From the IMG/VR virus record IMGVR_UViG_3300018080_000099, positions 1-64,000 of that record: 64,000 bases of DNA, one strand, 5' to 3'. The position numbers and the translations under genes are program-made. Shown here piece after piece: positions 28,344 to 37,981 of this stretch. Every line of letters starts with the position of its first letter. Position 1 is the stretch's first letter. The notes beneath the pieces are model-generated. The model worked only from the letters and a program-made list of their open reading frames with translations. It ran no database searches and was not told where the DNA came from. Source of the DNA: a virus.

Positions 28344-29678
28344 ATGGCTACTTCACTTGAAGGAGTGGAAGCAGTACTTGAAGGCGTATTAGAACTGAGT
28401 ATTTCCCGATGGGATAAAATACTTACAGTTACTCCAATAGAACAGGCACTTATGGCTGTGGGAATCCACGGCATAGGTAAGTCCGAGTTCTTTACCAAAT
28501 GGCATGAAGACCACGGCTTTGCCGTCATCACCTTGTTCTTAGGACAGATGGCAGACGCCGGTGATGTCATTGGCCTACCTGACAGAACCGAAGTAGAATT
28601 CCGATACAAGGGACAAGTCCTCAAGCAGAAGATAACTGAGTTCTGTCCTCCCAAGTGGTGGCCCAGAGATGAAGATGTCAAACTTCTTCTATTCTTAGAC
28701 GAGTTCAACCGTGGGAAGCAGGAAGTCTATCAATGCATACAAGACATGACGTTGAACAGAAAACTCAACGGATTGGAACTCCCTGCCCAAACACGCATCA
28801 TTGCAGCTCAGAATCCCCTTGACGATAAGTACGGCTACCAAGTCACCGAGATTGACCCAGCTCTGTGGGACCGATTCAATGTCTATGGCTTCTCGCCTGA
28901 AGCAAAAGAATGGATTCACTGGGCGATGGACAATAAGGTTCACAGACATATCATTGGCTTCCTCACTAAGAATACAGTAGAGCTTGACCCGCCTGCAAAC
29001 GGCAAGATGGGTGTGGTATATCCTTCAAGACGCTCATGGGTACGGCTCAGCAACATCCTGAAAAACCATCCACAGATTCTTGGAGAAGATGAGCTTATCC
29101 TTCTTCGGGAACTGGCGGAAGGTATCGTTGGTTCAGCCGCAACATCTAAGCTTTTCACATTCCTCAAAGAGAACTTCAAGGGACTCAATCCCGGTAGAGT
29201 TGTCACGAACTGGAATGAAGAAGTAGAAGAAATCGTCAAGCAGATGGACAACCAATCCAAGCTTGCATTCAATGCTGAGTTGGCAATCCACCTTGAAGAA
29301 AACGAGAAAGACTACTTCGACATTGCAGGAGCTAAGCAGAAAGAGAAGTACGCATACAATATATACCAGTATCTCAAAACGGTGCCGAGGGAAATCATGG
29401 CTGACTTCTACGATTACGTTGGTGATGCTACTACCGAGCGCAAGAAGGGTTGGCCATCGAAACTGCTTGATTGTAACATTCAGGGATTGGTACATGACTT
29501 CATTGACGTTTATCATGGCGATGATAGCAAGATGAGTGCAGAGCCAACTATAAATCCTGAGGAGCATTTCAGCGAACCGGGCATTGATTTGGAAAAGGAC
29601 GATTCTCCTTTCCCTCCGTCTGATAACCCAGACCCGTTCGACGACCCTGATATTCAGGGGCTCCTTGGGGATTCATAA
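28344..29678 (+). CDS. AAA_5-family ATPase (MoxR/CobS-like)
   Basis: Walker A GIHGIGKS, Walker B LLFLDEFNR, sensor IIAAQNP. Confidence 0.65.
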   Translation: MATSLEGVEAVLEGVLELSISRWDKILTVTPIEQALMAVGIHGIGKSEFFTKWHEDHGFAVITLFLGQMADAGDVIGLPDRTEVEFRYKGQVLKQKITEFCPPKWWPRDEDVKLLLFLDEFNRGKQEVYQCIQDMTLNRKLNGLELPAQTRIIAAQNPLDDKYGYQVTEIDPALWDRFNVYGFSPEAKEWIHWAMDNKVHRHIIGFLTKNTVELDPPANGKMGVVYPSRRSWVRLSNILKNHPQILGEDELILLRELAEGIVGSAATSKLFTFLKENFKGLNPGRVVTNWNEEVEEIVKQMDNQSKLAFNAELAIHLEENEKDYFDIAGAKQKEKYAYNIYQYLKTVPREIMADFYDYVGDATTERKKGWPSKLLDCNIQGLVHDFIDVYHGDDSKMSAEPTINPEEHFSEPGIDLEKDDSPFPPSDNPDPFDDPDIQGLLGDS

Positions 29679-30976
29679 TGGCTGACTTTGCGGAAGCTCA
29701 AAACAAAATCAACAAAGTTATCTGGGGGCTGTGGCAATCCGATGGAGTAATGTTCGGTGCTCTCAGTATGCTTGACAAGATTCCAGACCCACGACAGGAC
29801 ACGATGGGTTTGGATTTGTCAAGCAGAACGCCTACACTAAGATACAATCCTAACTTTGTCAACAAGATTTCTCAGGAAAGACTTGAGCTTGTCCTTGTCA
29901 TTGAAGGCTTCCGAACTCTCCTGAGACATGCCACAACAAGACTGAAAGACCCCGCACAAATCTCTGCGCTGTCATCTTCGCTTGCCATTAACCAGTTGAT
30001 GAACGATGACTTAGAGAAGTTACTTCAAGGTATTGATGAAGTGACTCCTGCCCCTGAGCGGTTTGGACTTGAATCAAACCAAGCTTTTGAGGAGTATTAT
30101 CGTGGGCTGATGGACAAGCTGGCTAAGACAAATGCCATGATAGCTCAAATCTGGGGCTCAATGAATCAGGAAGAAAAGCAGGAGATGATGCAGAATGCCT
30201 TTGACAAATATCAGCAAATGATGGATGAGCGAGACCAAAATGCTGACGAGGACGGTTATCAGCAGTACGATGATGAAGGCAAAGCTCTAAAGGACTACAT
30301 GGACCCGAATGGCACAGGTAATGATGGATGGTCTAAGAATGACTTGTTTGATGCTTCTGTCAAGAACTTTGTCAACAAGATGAAGCGCAGAACAGACCAA
30401 TGGGGAAAATACACAGGAAAGGCAAAGGCAACCATTTCAGCTGCATTGGAACCAAAGATTTCTGCTAAGGACATTCTGAGAAAGTTCTCATGTTCAGTCT
30501 TGACAGGTAAGACAGAAACTTCCCGAATGAAAGTAAACCGGCGTTGGGATATTGAAAGGCCGGGTTATCGTAGAATCTATAAGCCCAAAGTCATCTTTGC
30601 CATTGACAGTTCAGGTTCAATGGATGATGAGGACTTGGCATATGGGTTTGCTGTTGTCAATCGGACGCTTTTCTATGCTGAGATTATCTTTGTGGAGTTC
30701 GATACTGAGATAAAGATAATTGAAAAGAGCTTCAAAAAGGCAAAGAAAGAGTTTGCAGTTCATGGCAGGGGAGGCACCGACTTTGAGCAGATTATGAATT
30801 TATCTGATGAGTTGGACGTAGACGGAACTATTGTGTATACAGATGGATGTGCGGGACCTCCTCACCAGCCGAGGGGCAAGGTGTTGTGGCTCTTACATGC
30901 AAAAGGTGCTAAGCCGCCAGTTGGCTGGGGAATGCGTGCTCACCTTGACAGATTTGAGGATGGACGGATATGGTAA
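29678..30976 (+). CDS. von Willebrand factor A (VWA) domain protein (CobT-like partner of AAA ATPase)
   Basis: MIDAS DxSxS (VIFAIDSSGSMDDE), TDG motif (VYTDGCAG); ATGA-type adjacency to ATPase. Confidence 0.65.
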   Translation: MADFAEAQNKINKVIWGLWQSDGVMFGALSMLDKIPDPRQDTMGLDLSSRTPTLRYNPNFVNKISQERLELVLVIEGFRTLLRHATTRLKDPAQISALSSSLAINQLMNDDLEKLLQGIDEVTPAPERFGLESNQAFEEYYRGLMDKLAKTNAMIAQIWGSMNQEEKQEMMQNAFDKYQQMMDERDQNADEDGYQQYDDEGKALKDYMDPNGTGNDGWSKNDLFDASVKNFVNKMKRRTDQWGKYTGKAKATISAALEPKISAKDILRKFSCSVLTGKTETSRMKVNRRWDIERPGYRRIYKPKVIFAIDSSGSMDDEDLAYGFAVVNRTLFYAEIIFVEFDTEIKIIEKSFKKAKKEFAVHGRGGTDFEQIMNLSDELDVDGTIVYTDGCAGPPHQPRGKVLWLLHAKGAKPPVGWGMRAHLDRFEDGRIW

Positions 30977-31170
30977 AGAAATTTAAGGACTTGCCTATCG
31001 GGTACATCTTTGAAGCATATGGGGATGAAATCTCCAACTACGACTATCCGAAGGATTGTATCTTCGTCAAGACTGAAGAAGGCGTTGCCACAGAAATTGA
31101 CGATAATGGTAAACTTGGACAGCATAACCTTGTTGAAGATTCGTATGAAGTCTGGGTGAATACGGGATAA
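30970..31170 (+). CDS. hypothetical small protein
   Basis: ORF track. Confidence 0.4.
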   Translation: MVKKFKDLPIGYIFEAYGDEISNYDYPKDCIFVKTEEGVATEIDDNGKLGQHNLVEDSYEVWVNTG

Positions 31171-31221
31171 ATACTTATTGAGGAGTTACAATGGTGTAAC
31201 CATCAATCTTAGGAGGGAGCT

Positions 31222-31497
31222 ATGGATAAGAGACATGCTTATCTGTTTGTTAAGTTCCTTGAAACTGAGATGAAAAAGATTGATGAGGACAAGTTCTTTG
31301 AAGGGCTTCGTATCAGTGCCGACCCCGGCCAATCTTTCATTGTGGACTGGATTAATCGCAATGCTAAGAATTGGCGTGAGGAGTGGGAGTCATCCTGTTG
31401 CCAGCACTGTGTGTTCTGGAAAGTTTGTGGGCATCGAGTCCTTCAGAAGTGTAAAGAATTCAAATTAGACCCAAAGGAGCAAGACAACGATGGCTAA
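31222..31497 (+). CDS. hypothetical Cys-containing protein
   Basis: RBS GGAGGGAG. Confidence 0.45.
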   Translation: MDKRHAYLFVKFLETEMKKIDEDKFFEGLRISADPGQSFIVDWINRNAKNWREEWESSCCQHCVFWKVCGHRVLQKCKEFKLDPKEQDNDG

Positions 31498-32368
31498 GAA
31501 AATACTGGTATTAAGCGGCGGCGGCGTTAAAGGATGTATTCAAATACAGGTACTCAAGAAGTTAGAAGAAGAATTGGGACCTCTACATGAACACTACGAC
31601 TTGATTTGTGGAAGCTCAGTCGGTGCCATTAATGCCGGTATCATTGCTTCAGGTAAAGTCACCATGAAACATCTCGTTGACATTTATCCTGACATGCTCG
31701 AAAGAACCTTTGAGAAAAGAGGAATTCGTATTCCTCGTTACGATAGAAAGAAATTCATCAAAATCTGGGCTGACCTTGTTGGTATGATGAAGATGAAAGA
31801 AAGCAAAACAAAGCTTCAAATTACTTCACTCAATCTCTGCGACAAACGAAATCACTTCTTTAAGTCATGGACTAAAGATGGTGAGCAGTATCTTGTCAGC
31901 GAGATTGTCAAATCCTTTGCGGCTCCGTTCTACTTCGGTACCTTGAAGGATGCAAAGAACAAATGCGTATGGATGGACGGCGGTATGGGAATCGCTAACA
32001 TTCCGATTCTCTATGCGCTTGTTGAGTCCGATATGCTTTGGCCAACCGAGGATAAGGTAGACTACGACATCATTGGCTGTGGGTTTGTCAACAACGACAT
32101 TCCTTATCGCAAGGCTAAAAGGTACAGAGTCTTTAGACAACTCGGACAATACTTCAATTTGGATGATGGTGGGCTTGCCCGCGAACAGGTTCGTCAGGAA
32201 CAAATTGGTATGATTACTCAGCTTGCCAAAGTCAACGCGGCTCTTGACTTCAGGTACTGGGACATTCAGATTCCAAAGAAGATGGACGGACTGGACAAGA
32301 TTAAGTATATCCCTTACTATTATGATTATGGCAAAGAGATGGCTAAGAAGCCTTTACTTATAAGTTAG
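31490..32368 (+). CDS. patatin-like phospholipase
   Basis: oxyanion GGGVKG, nucleophile elbow GSSVG, catalytic DGG (WMDGGMG). Confidence 0.7.
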   Translation: MAKKILVLSGGGVKGCIQIQVLKKLEEELGPLHEHYDLICGSSVGAINAGIIASGKVTMKHLVDIYPDMLERTFEKRGIRIPRYDRKKFIKIWADLVGMMKMKESKTKLQITSLNLCDKRNHFFKSWTKDGEQYLVSEIVKSFAAPFYFGTLKDAKNKCVWMDGGMGIANIPILYALVESDMLWPTEDKVDYDIIGCGFVNNDIPYRKAKRYRVFRQLGQYFNLDDGGLAREQVRQEQIGMITQLAKVNAALDFRYWDIQIPKKMDGLDKIKYIPYYYDYGKEMAKKPLLIS

Positions 32369-32384
32369 CACAACTCATTCCCTA

Positions 32385-32413
32385 TTGACAAGAAACCTGA
32401 CATAATTTATTTT
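32385..32413 (+). promoter_or_regulatory. sigma70-type promoter (weaker -10 TATTTT)
   Basis: tattgacaagaaacctgacataatttatttt. Confidence 0.35.
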
Positions 32414-32436
32414 TATGTGATAGGTTAGGAGAGTTC

Positions 32437-32820
32437 ATGATAGAGATTCCACGGCGGAAAAAGAATGAGAAACTTGTGCAGAAGCCTTGCCAGTTCCCCG
32501 GTTGTGATAAAGAATTCATGGGAACTGGCAAGTCAAAGTACTGCCACGAACATCGTGCGCGCAAGTATCGAAAGATTATAGATGCCGACAAAGAGATTCG
32601 TAAAAAAGCTGAAGAGGATGCTAAGAATCCAAACCAGCGCATCGAACACAACTACACCCAGACACATGTAATCCTTATGGATTGCAAATTGGAAGGCTGT
32701 GGCCAGACGTTTGAAATAAAGATTCTGCCTCACACTTACGTTTATCCGAAGTATTGTCCGGAGCACAGGAATGAGTTCAAAAGAAAAAACTTCCTACGCC
32801 AACAAGAACGTCAAATGTAA
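32437..32820 (+). CDS. zinc-finger protein (CQFPGC...CHEH; CKLEGC...CPEH)
   Basis: RBS TAGGAGAG. Confidence 0.5.
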   Translation: MIEIPRRKKNEKLVQKPCQFPGCDKEFMGTGKSKYCHEHRARKYRKIIDADKEIRKKAEEDAKNPNQRIEHNYTQTHVILMDCKLEGCGQTFEIKILPHTYVYPKYCPEHRNEFKRKNFLRQQERQM

Positions 32821-33118
32821 GTTGAAGCAGTGTCTGAATAATGAGAAGGGAACATGTCATTTGAGCTTCCCGTTTGCCAAACGACTCACGGCAAACTCAA
32901 TACACTGTGTATTCTACGATGATGACTTTGAGAAAAGCTGGGAAGAATACAAAGCTCAGGGAGGGACGCAAGGTGCCTTGAGGCGAATGAGGGGCCGAAG
33001 GTCTACTAAAGAACTCAAGGAAATCAAGAAGGCAAAAAGAAAGCTACGTTCCGACAAAGGACAACCAAGACAAAGCAAAAAGAAAAAAGGTGAAACTACA
33101 CTAGGAGAATTGATGTGA
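32771..33118 (+). CDS. basic protein (Lys/Arg-rich C-terminus)
   Basis: ORF track; start uncertain. Confidence 0.35.
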   Translation: MSSKEKTSYANKNVKCKLKQCLNNEKGTCHLSFPFAKRLTANSIHCVFYDDDFEKSWEEYKAQGGTQGALRRMRGRRSTKELKEIKKAKRKLRSDKGQPRQSKKKKGETTLGELM

Positions 33119-33279
33119 TAAGTCAACTGTGGAAAGAATCACTAGCAATTGGTTTCGGTATCGCGCTGGCAATCTTTAGTGTGTACTGTTTCTGCTGGTG
33201 GGCTGTCATAAAGATTCAAAAGGCTTGGGAGCATCACAAGAATCCGTGGAAAGACTTGGAGGACTGCTTAAGCAAATAG
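33115..33279 (+). CDS. small membrane peptide (GTG start, 54 aa)
   Basis: RBS AGGAGAA + GTG overlapping upstream stop; one TM helix. Confidence 0.3.
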   Translation: MISQLWKESLAIGFGIALAIFSVYCFCWWAVIKIQKAWEHHKNPWKDLEDCLSK

Positions 33280-33287
33280 GAGGGCGT

Positions 33288-33611
33288 ATGTACTTTGTCA
33301 GGACATATAAGAGTGGTGGAGAGGACTGGGACCCCAGACAAAAGATATGGGCTGAGTTCCATTGTGCTTTGTGTGATGAGGATTCCGACATTGATGTAAC
33401 CAGAGTCATGGACACTTTCCAGTTCGACAGAGAACGCAAGTGCCCTCACTGCGGTTGCCTTGATGCCGATGATAGAGAGAAGAACCTGAAGGCTCAGCTT
33501 GAAAAGCTCACACATGACAAGAGCAAAATTGAAGTTGAAATTGAAAAGATTGAGAGGGAACTAAATGACTGCACAACAAACCAAAAGACTTCGTGCGAAT
33601 CTGAGAGATAA
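33288..33611 (+). CDS. zinc-ribbon/coiled-coil protein
   Basis: ATG with RBS AGGAGGG inside ORF 33198..33611; CALCDED...CPHCGC. Confidence 0.45.
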   Translation: MYFVRTYKSGGEDWDPRQKIWAEFHCALCDEDSDIDVTRVMDTFQFDRERKCPHCGCLDADDREKNLKAQLEKLTHDKSKIEVEIEKIERELNDCTTNQKTSCESER

Positions 33612-34020
33612 GTTTGACGCTAAGTCTCACGAAAGACTTGTCATTAAGAAATACTTTATCCCAAGTCGTTACAAGACTAGAAACCTTCAAACTATTTTTA
33701 AAGACATTGATGACCCTGATGACTTCTTGTTTCATATGACTAATCTTGTAAAGGAAGCTAAGAAGCTTGGTGCTACAATTCTTTTGAGGAAGCGTGGAAG
33801 TCTTGGTGGATGGCAAACTGATATTGCTGATAACGGGATGTGCTTTGTTAAAACGCGTATGGAAAATGACGAAGAGTTTGAATCACGCATGGACATTGAG
33901 CGCGAGTCCTTTGTACAAAGAGAAGAACGTAAAATTCGTGAGAAGCAACGAGACTTTGACAGAGGTAACGCACTTTCCAAACTGACACTAAAGGAAAGGA
34001 AACTACTTGGAGTTCGTTGA
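33565..34020 (+). CDS. hypothetical protein
   Basis: ORF track. Confidence 0.45.
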   Translation: MTAQQTKRLRANLRDKFDAKSHERLVIKKYFIPSRYKTRNLQTIFKDIDDPDDFLFHMTNLVKEAKKLGATILLRKRGSLGGWQTDIADNGMCFVKTRMENDEEFESRMDIERESFVQREERKIREKQRDFDRGNALSKLTLKERKLLGVR

Positions 34021-34373
34021 TGAAGCTGATAATTAATCGCGGAGTTAGCCAGAAAGACATCTACCAAGTTTCATTCGGTCCTGACTATGACATTTTGATT
34101 TTTGATTATAGCTTCCCGATGAATGTAGTCGATACGAAGGTCATGAAGGACATCGACTACATCGTTACCAACTCTCCCGATTTGGTATTCTGTGTCACTC
34201 ACATCAAACACCCGGTGCTTCGCAAGGAGTACCACACACCGAATGAGCAACCATTCTTTGGACGTTGCGATTCGGTCTACAAAAGTCAGCTAAGAAATTA
34301 TTTTGCCATCCGTCTAAGACATCGACGCCAGCCCGTAGAAGTAATTGACTTCGGTCAGAGACTTTTCCATTGA
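34017..34373 (+). CDS. hypothetical protein
   Basis: ATGA overlap. Confidence 0.45.
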   Translation: MMKLIINRGVSQKDIYQVSFGPDYDILIFDYSFPMNVVDTKVMKDIDYIVTNSPDLVFCVTHIKHPVLRKEYHTPNEQPFFGRCDSVYKSQLRNYFAIRLRHRRQPVEVIDFGQRLFH

Positions 34374-34429
34374 CTCTATATTATTAATATGTTATTTTTC
34401 TAATGTAAAACCCTTTAGAAAGTTCGGAC

Positions 34430-34648
34430 ATGAGGAATAAGTTACTGCCGTGGTGGTACGGCATCATAGGAATAATTTTGGGTATTGGCACATTGGTACT
34501 GAGCATCTGTAGCTTCGTGCATTTGGCAGGATGGTGCTCAGAGTCATGTAGCTTCAACGCCGCCGTATGGTTGTGGCCTCTTTATGTTGGCACTTTCATA
34601 TCTAACTTGCTATTGATGATATTTGCGACGGACTGGGGCGGATGGTGA
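34430..34648 (+). CDS. small membrane protein (2 TM)
   Basis: hydrophobic helices. Confidence 0.45.
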   Translation: MRNKLLPWWYGIIGIILGIGTLVLSICSFVHLAGWCSESCSFNAAVWLWPLYVGTFISNLLLMIFATDWGGW

Positions 34649-35130
34649 AAACGCTTAAGAAAGTTATCAGTGGGGGCCAAAGGGGAGCCGACCAAGGGGG
34701 CCTAGCCGCAGCTCATGACATGGGGCTTGAGACCGGTGGCTGGGCTCCTTTGGGATGGATTACCCTCAATGGTGCAATGCCCTCATTGGAAACACTCGGG
34801 CTTCACCAACACAACTCTCCGAAGTATCCTCCACGGACTTATGCAAATGTCAAGGACTCTGACGGTACAATCCGGTTGGCGTATGACTTCAATTCATCCG
34901 GTGAGAGATGTACCTTCAAGGCTATCAGCTATTATGAGAAGCCATATTTCGATGTAGACTTGAATGATACTCCATTCGTCTTTGATGTGACGGACTGGAT
35001 TGACAAACACGAAATCGTTGTACTTAACGTAGCAGGAAACGCAGGAGCTACCAAAGCTCAAGGTTCAAAGATATTCTCCGAAGTACGGGACTATCTTAAC
35101 TGTATCTTCCGTGCTTATAAAGGAGAATAA
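34642..35130 (+). CDS. SLOG-fold protein of the putative MoCo-carrier / YpsA-like family (PF12694-like)
   Basis: ISGGQRGADQGGLAAAHDMGLETGGWAP and RTYANVKDSDGTIRLAY match GGQTGVD..A...A...G...GGW.P ... RT..NV.DSDAT motifs. Confidence 0.5.
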   Translation: MVKTLKKVISGGQRGADQGGLAAAHDMGLETGGWAPLGWITLNGAMPSLETLGLHQHNSPKYPPRTYANVKDSDGTIRLAYDFNSSGERCTFKAISYYEKPYFDVDLNDTPFVFDVTDWIDKHEIVVLNVAGNAGATKAQGSKIFSEVRDYLNCIFRAYKGE

Positions 35131-35309
35131 TGCCAAAGTACAAAATAGAAGTTACGGCTGAAGTTACCTCGTCACATGAATTACTTGTCGAGGCTGATAA
35201 CGAAGAAGAAGCACGCGAGTATGCTTACTATAACTATTCTGAAGTAGAGGGAACCGACTTCAGTAATAACATTGAAATAAATTCATGTGAGGAGATTACA
35301 GATGGCTGA
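35130..35309 (+). CDS. small acidic protein (59 aa)
   Basis: RBS AAAGGAGAATA; ATG overlaps upstream stop. Confidence 0.3.
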   Translation: MPKYKIEVTAEVTSSHELLVEADNEEEAREYAYYNYSEVEGTDFSNNIEINSCEEITDG

Positions 35310-35613
35310 AGAAGAAAAGAAGGAAATGACTCAAGAAGAACAAATGGCTGAGATGCAGAAGCAGGCTGAGCAGTACAAGAAGGAGTGGGAAGCCTTCATA
35401 AAGAAGCTTGAGGCATCGCCCGATGAGCCATGTACAAACAGTGATTTGCTGTTCTTCATCCAAGCTATCATGTCAGACATGCAAGGGATGGCTCAGTTGG
35501 TAGGACAGAACTCCCACAACCTTCAAGCTGTAATGGGAATCATCCGCCAGATTAGCGGAGCCGGTGGAGCACCGATTGGTAAGAAAACTCAGGGAGGAAT
35601 TATCCTGCCATGA
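35302..35613 (+). CDS. hypothetical protein
   Basis: ATG with RBS GAGGAG inside ORF 35287..35613. Confidence 0.45.
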   Translation: MAEEEKKEMTQEEQMAEMQKQAEQYKKEWEAFIKKLEASPDEPCTNSDLLFFIQAIMSDMQGMAQLVGQNSHNLQAVMGIIRQISGAGGAPIGKKTQGGIILP

Positions 35614-36434
35614 TGGATGTTAAAAAAGCATTAGAACTGGATGACATTTACGTTCTCAAACAAGAGGCTCAGGAACGAATGAATCTCATTCAGAATATGG
35701 TGGGAAGCCTTTACCCTTCAATTCTTTGGGAAGAAGTGACATCTATCAATTATAGAATAAAGAGGTTGGAAATGGACTACAAATTCAGTCTTGACTTTTG
35801 GGAACCAGACCACTACAAGAACTTCGAGAAGATTAAAAAGGACTTGGTGTGGCCTGACAAGCCCAAGTTCCTTGAAGTAGGAACATACGAAGGCAGAACA
35901 GCAACATGGTTGCTTGACAACATGCCGAACATTCACCTTACCATGTTGGACCCCGATGTGCCTGAGAACTTCCATCACAACATGAAGGAACACTTGACAT
36001 CTGGTAGAGCTACGTGGATAAAGCAATATTCATTCGTAGAGCTTCCTGCCATGATGACAACGGGAGTAAGGTTCGACCTTATCTATCTTGACGGCGACCA
36101 CAACGCACCGGGCTTGCTTGAAGATGCTACAATGGCATGGAGACTGCTGAACAAGAACGGCATCCTTCTCTTTGACGATTACCTCATGGAAATCAGGGAC
36201 CCGTGGTTCTATATCATGCACAAAGAGTTCGATACTTACAAACCGTTCGGGTTGACCTTCCACCATCCAAAAGAAGCAATCGACGCCTTCCTTACAATAT
36301 ATAAGGGGCAGTACGAAGTTTACATTGACAATTACCAAATAGGACTTCGCAAGATATGTGAGATAGGTGGGAAGAACTTAGACCACGGTGACGAAGAACT
36401 CCAGACGCTTGCACTCCAACAGGAGAGCAAATGA
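35610..36434 (+). CDS. class I SAM-dependent methyltransferase (O-MTase family 3 / Methyltransf_24-like)
   Basis: LEVGTYEGRTATWLL (motif I), IYLDGDH...W.LL..GILLFDDY. Confidence 0.55.
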   Translation: MMDVKKALELDDIYVLKQEAQERMNLIQNMVGSLYPSILWEEVTSINYRIKRLEMDYKFSLDFWEPDHYKNFEKIKKDLVWPDKPKFLEVGTYEGRTATWLLDNMPNIHLTMLDPDVPENFHHNMKEHLTSGRATWIKQYSFVELPAMMTTGVRFDLIYLDGDHNAPGLLEDATMAWRLLNKNGILLFDDYLMEIRDPWFYIMHKEFDTYKPFGLTFHHPKEAIDAFLTIYKGQYEVYIDNYQIGLRKICEIGGKNLDHGDEELQTLALQQESK

Positions 36435-36646
36435 AATCGTGTATGAGAAATCTGAAGCCCGATACCAAATGGGCCAAGAAGATTCTCCAAACTTATATAG
36501 ATGGCGAAGCGTGTCATGCTGACATTGATTATCATGATACCACTGCTGAAGAAGTCGCCCATATGGTTCGGGCTGGGTTCCGAGTAAGCTTAAGCTACAA
36601 CGGAATGTTATGGATGTACCGAGTCAGCTGGAACAAGGAGGAATAA
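36431..36646 (+). CDS. hypothetical small protein
   Basis: ATGA overlap. Confidence 0.4.
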   Translation: MKSCMRNLKPDTKWAKKILQTYIDGEACHADIDYHDTTAEEVAHMVRAGFRVSLSYNGMLWMYRVSWNKEE

Positions 36647-37042
36647 ATGGACAAATTACAGGAGCTGTTAGATAAACAAACAGGTCTGATTGAGGAATCA
36701 GAGGAGCTAAAAACCAAGGGGCAAAGGCTTGGCGGCGAACTTGACATTGTGAACAATCAGATTGCGGAACTGAAGAAGACCCGTGATGCTGATGCATACA
36801 AGTTCGTCCTCACACACATGCCCGACATTTTAGAGAAGATAGCTCCAAAGCATAAAATTCCCCCAGACAGAGATGTGAGTCTCGCAGTAAGTGGTGATTC
36901 GAATGTGAAGGCAAAAGTGCCTTGGACAGATGATAAGGATTGTTCGGACGCAAATCCGTTTAATGTGTCGGTATGCCCTCGGTGTGCTCTGCTTCACTTC
37001 AAGTCAATCCTTGATAGAAACCTAGCGGACTACTTCGCTTAA
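36647..37042 (+). CDS. coiled-coil protein with C-terminal CxxC
   Basis: RBS AAGGAGG. Confidence 0.5.
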   Translation: MDKLQELLDKQTGLIEESEELKTKGQRLGGELDIVNNQIAELKKTRDADAYKFVLTHMPDILEKIAPKHKIPPDRDVSLAVSGDSNVKAKVPWTDDKDCSDANPFNVSVCPRCALLHFKSILDRNLADYFA

Positions 37043-37088
37043 GTAAGGAGGGGCTGAATGTTTAATCGAGTTAAGTACGGGGAGGCAG

Positions 37089-37739
37089 ATGGCGAAAGCA
37101 AGGAATAATATCGTAGTAGAGGTCGACTCTCCGATAGAAGAAACTTGCGCTGCCATGATGCTGATAAAGAAGTTAGGACAAAAGAATGAGTTGCCGTTTG
37201 ACTTGTCAATTGCCTATGACTTTGATTATGACGGTGAGGGCGTGTACTATCCGACTACAAGGCGACAACGTAATCGGATATTCATAAACCCTTTCAGGTG
37301 TCGGAAACAGGAAGAGACCATACGCAACAACGGGGAAGAACCGTTCTGTCCCGGCTATACCGCGGACCTAACGCTGTTCGGGGTGACTCTTCATGAGTTC
37401 AGCCATTTCCTTACTTGGAGAATCTTTCCAAGAATGATGGATGACTTCAAGAGGACTTTCCCAAGGCAACGACTATATCTGAATGATTACTGCAATAACG
37501 AGTATTACGATGAGCTTGCAGAAATTCTTACGCTCTACATTACCAACCCATTCCTTCTGAAGCTTATATCGAAGGAGCATTGGGAATTCTGTCGGAGCTA
37601 TTTCAAATCCCCTGTCGCATGTACTAAGCAGAAGTTCGAGCATATCTATCAAGGCTATCCGATACATGTGAAGGAACACTTGCGAGAGAAGTGGGGAATC
37701 ATCTATAACATTTGTACTGAGGAGTTTGAGAGAATATGA
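37089..37739 (+). CDS. putative zinc metallopeptidase-like protein (HExxH: LHEFSHFLTW), paralog of 39902..40537
   Basis: HExxH motif and shared ~215-aa architecture with VHEYCHFLQW protein. Confidence 0.45.
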   Translation: MAKARNNIVVEVDSPIEETCAAMMLIKKLGQKNELPFDLSIAYDFDYDGEGVYYPTTRRQRNRIFINPFRCRKQEETIRNNGEEPFCPGYTADLTLFGVTLHEFSHFLTWRIFPRMMDDFKRTFPRQRLYLNDYCNNEYYDELAEILTLYITNPFLLKLISKEHWEFCRSYFKSPVACTKQKFEHIYQGYPIHVKEHLREKWGIIYNICTEEFERI

Positions 37740-37981
37740 ACGACATGAACGGTGTAGTATACGACCAAAACGGAAAAAAGGTAGAGGAACCGGACTGGGA
37801 CTTGGAAATCAAAATACGTGTCAACACCAAGACGAGTGCGACTTCATATCACTTCCTTGACAGAGATGGAAACCATATAGCTAACGAGAACAATCAGGTG
37901 CCACCAAACATCGTCCACCAAGCTGTACTCGTTATGAATAGCTTGATTGGATATATCCTTCGTGGGATGAGGCCGGGATAA
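37736..37981 (+). CDS. hypothetical small protein
   Basis: ATGA overlap. Confidence 0.4.
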   Translation: MNDMNGVVYDQNGKKVEEPDWDLEIKIRVNTKTSATSYHFLDRDGNHIANENNQVPPNIVHQAVLVMNSLIGYILRGMRPG

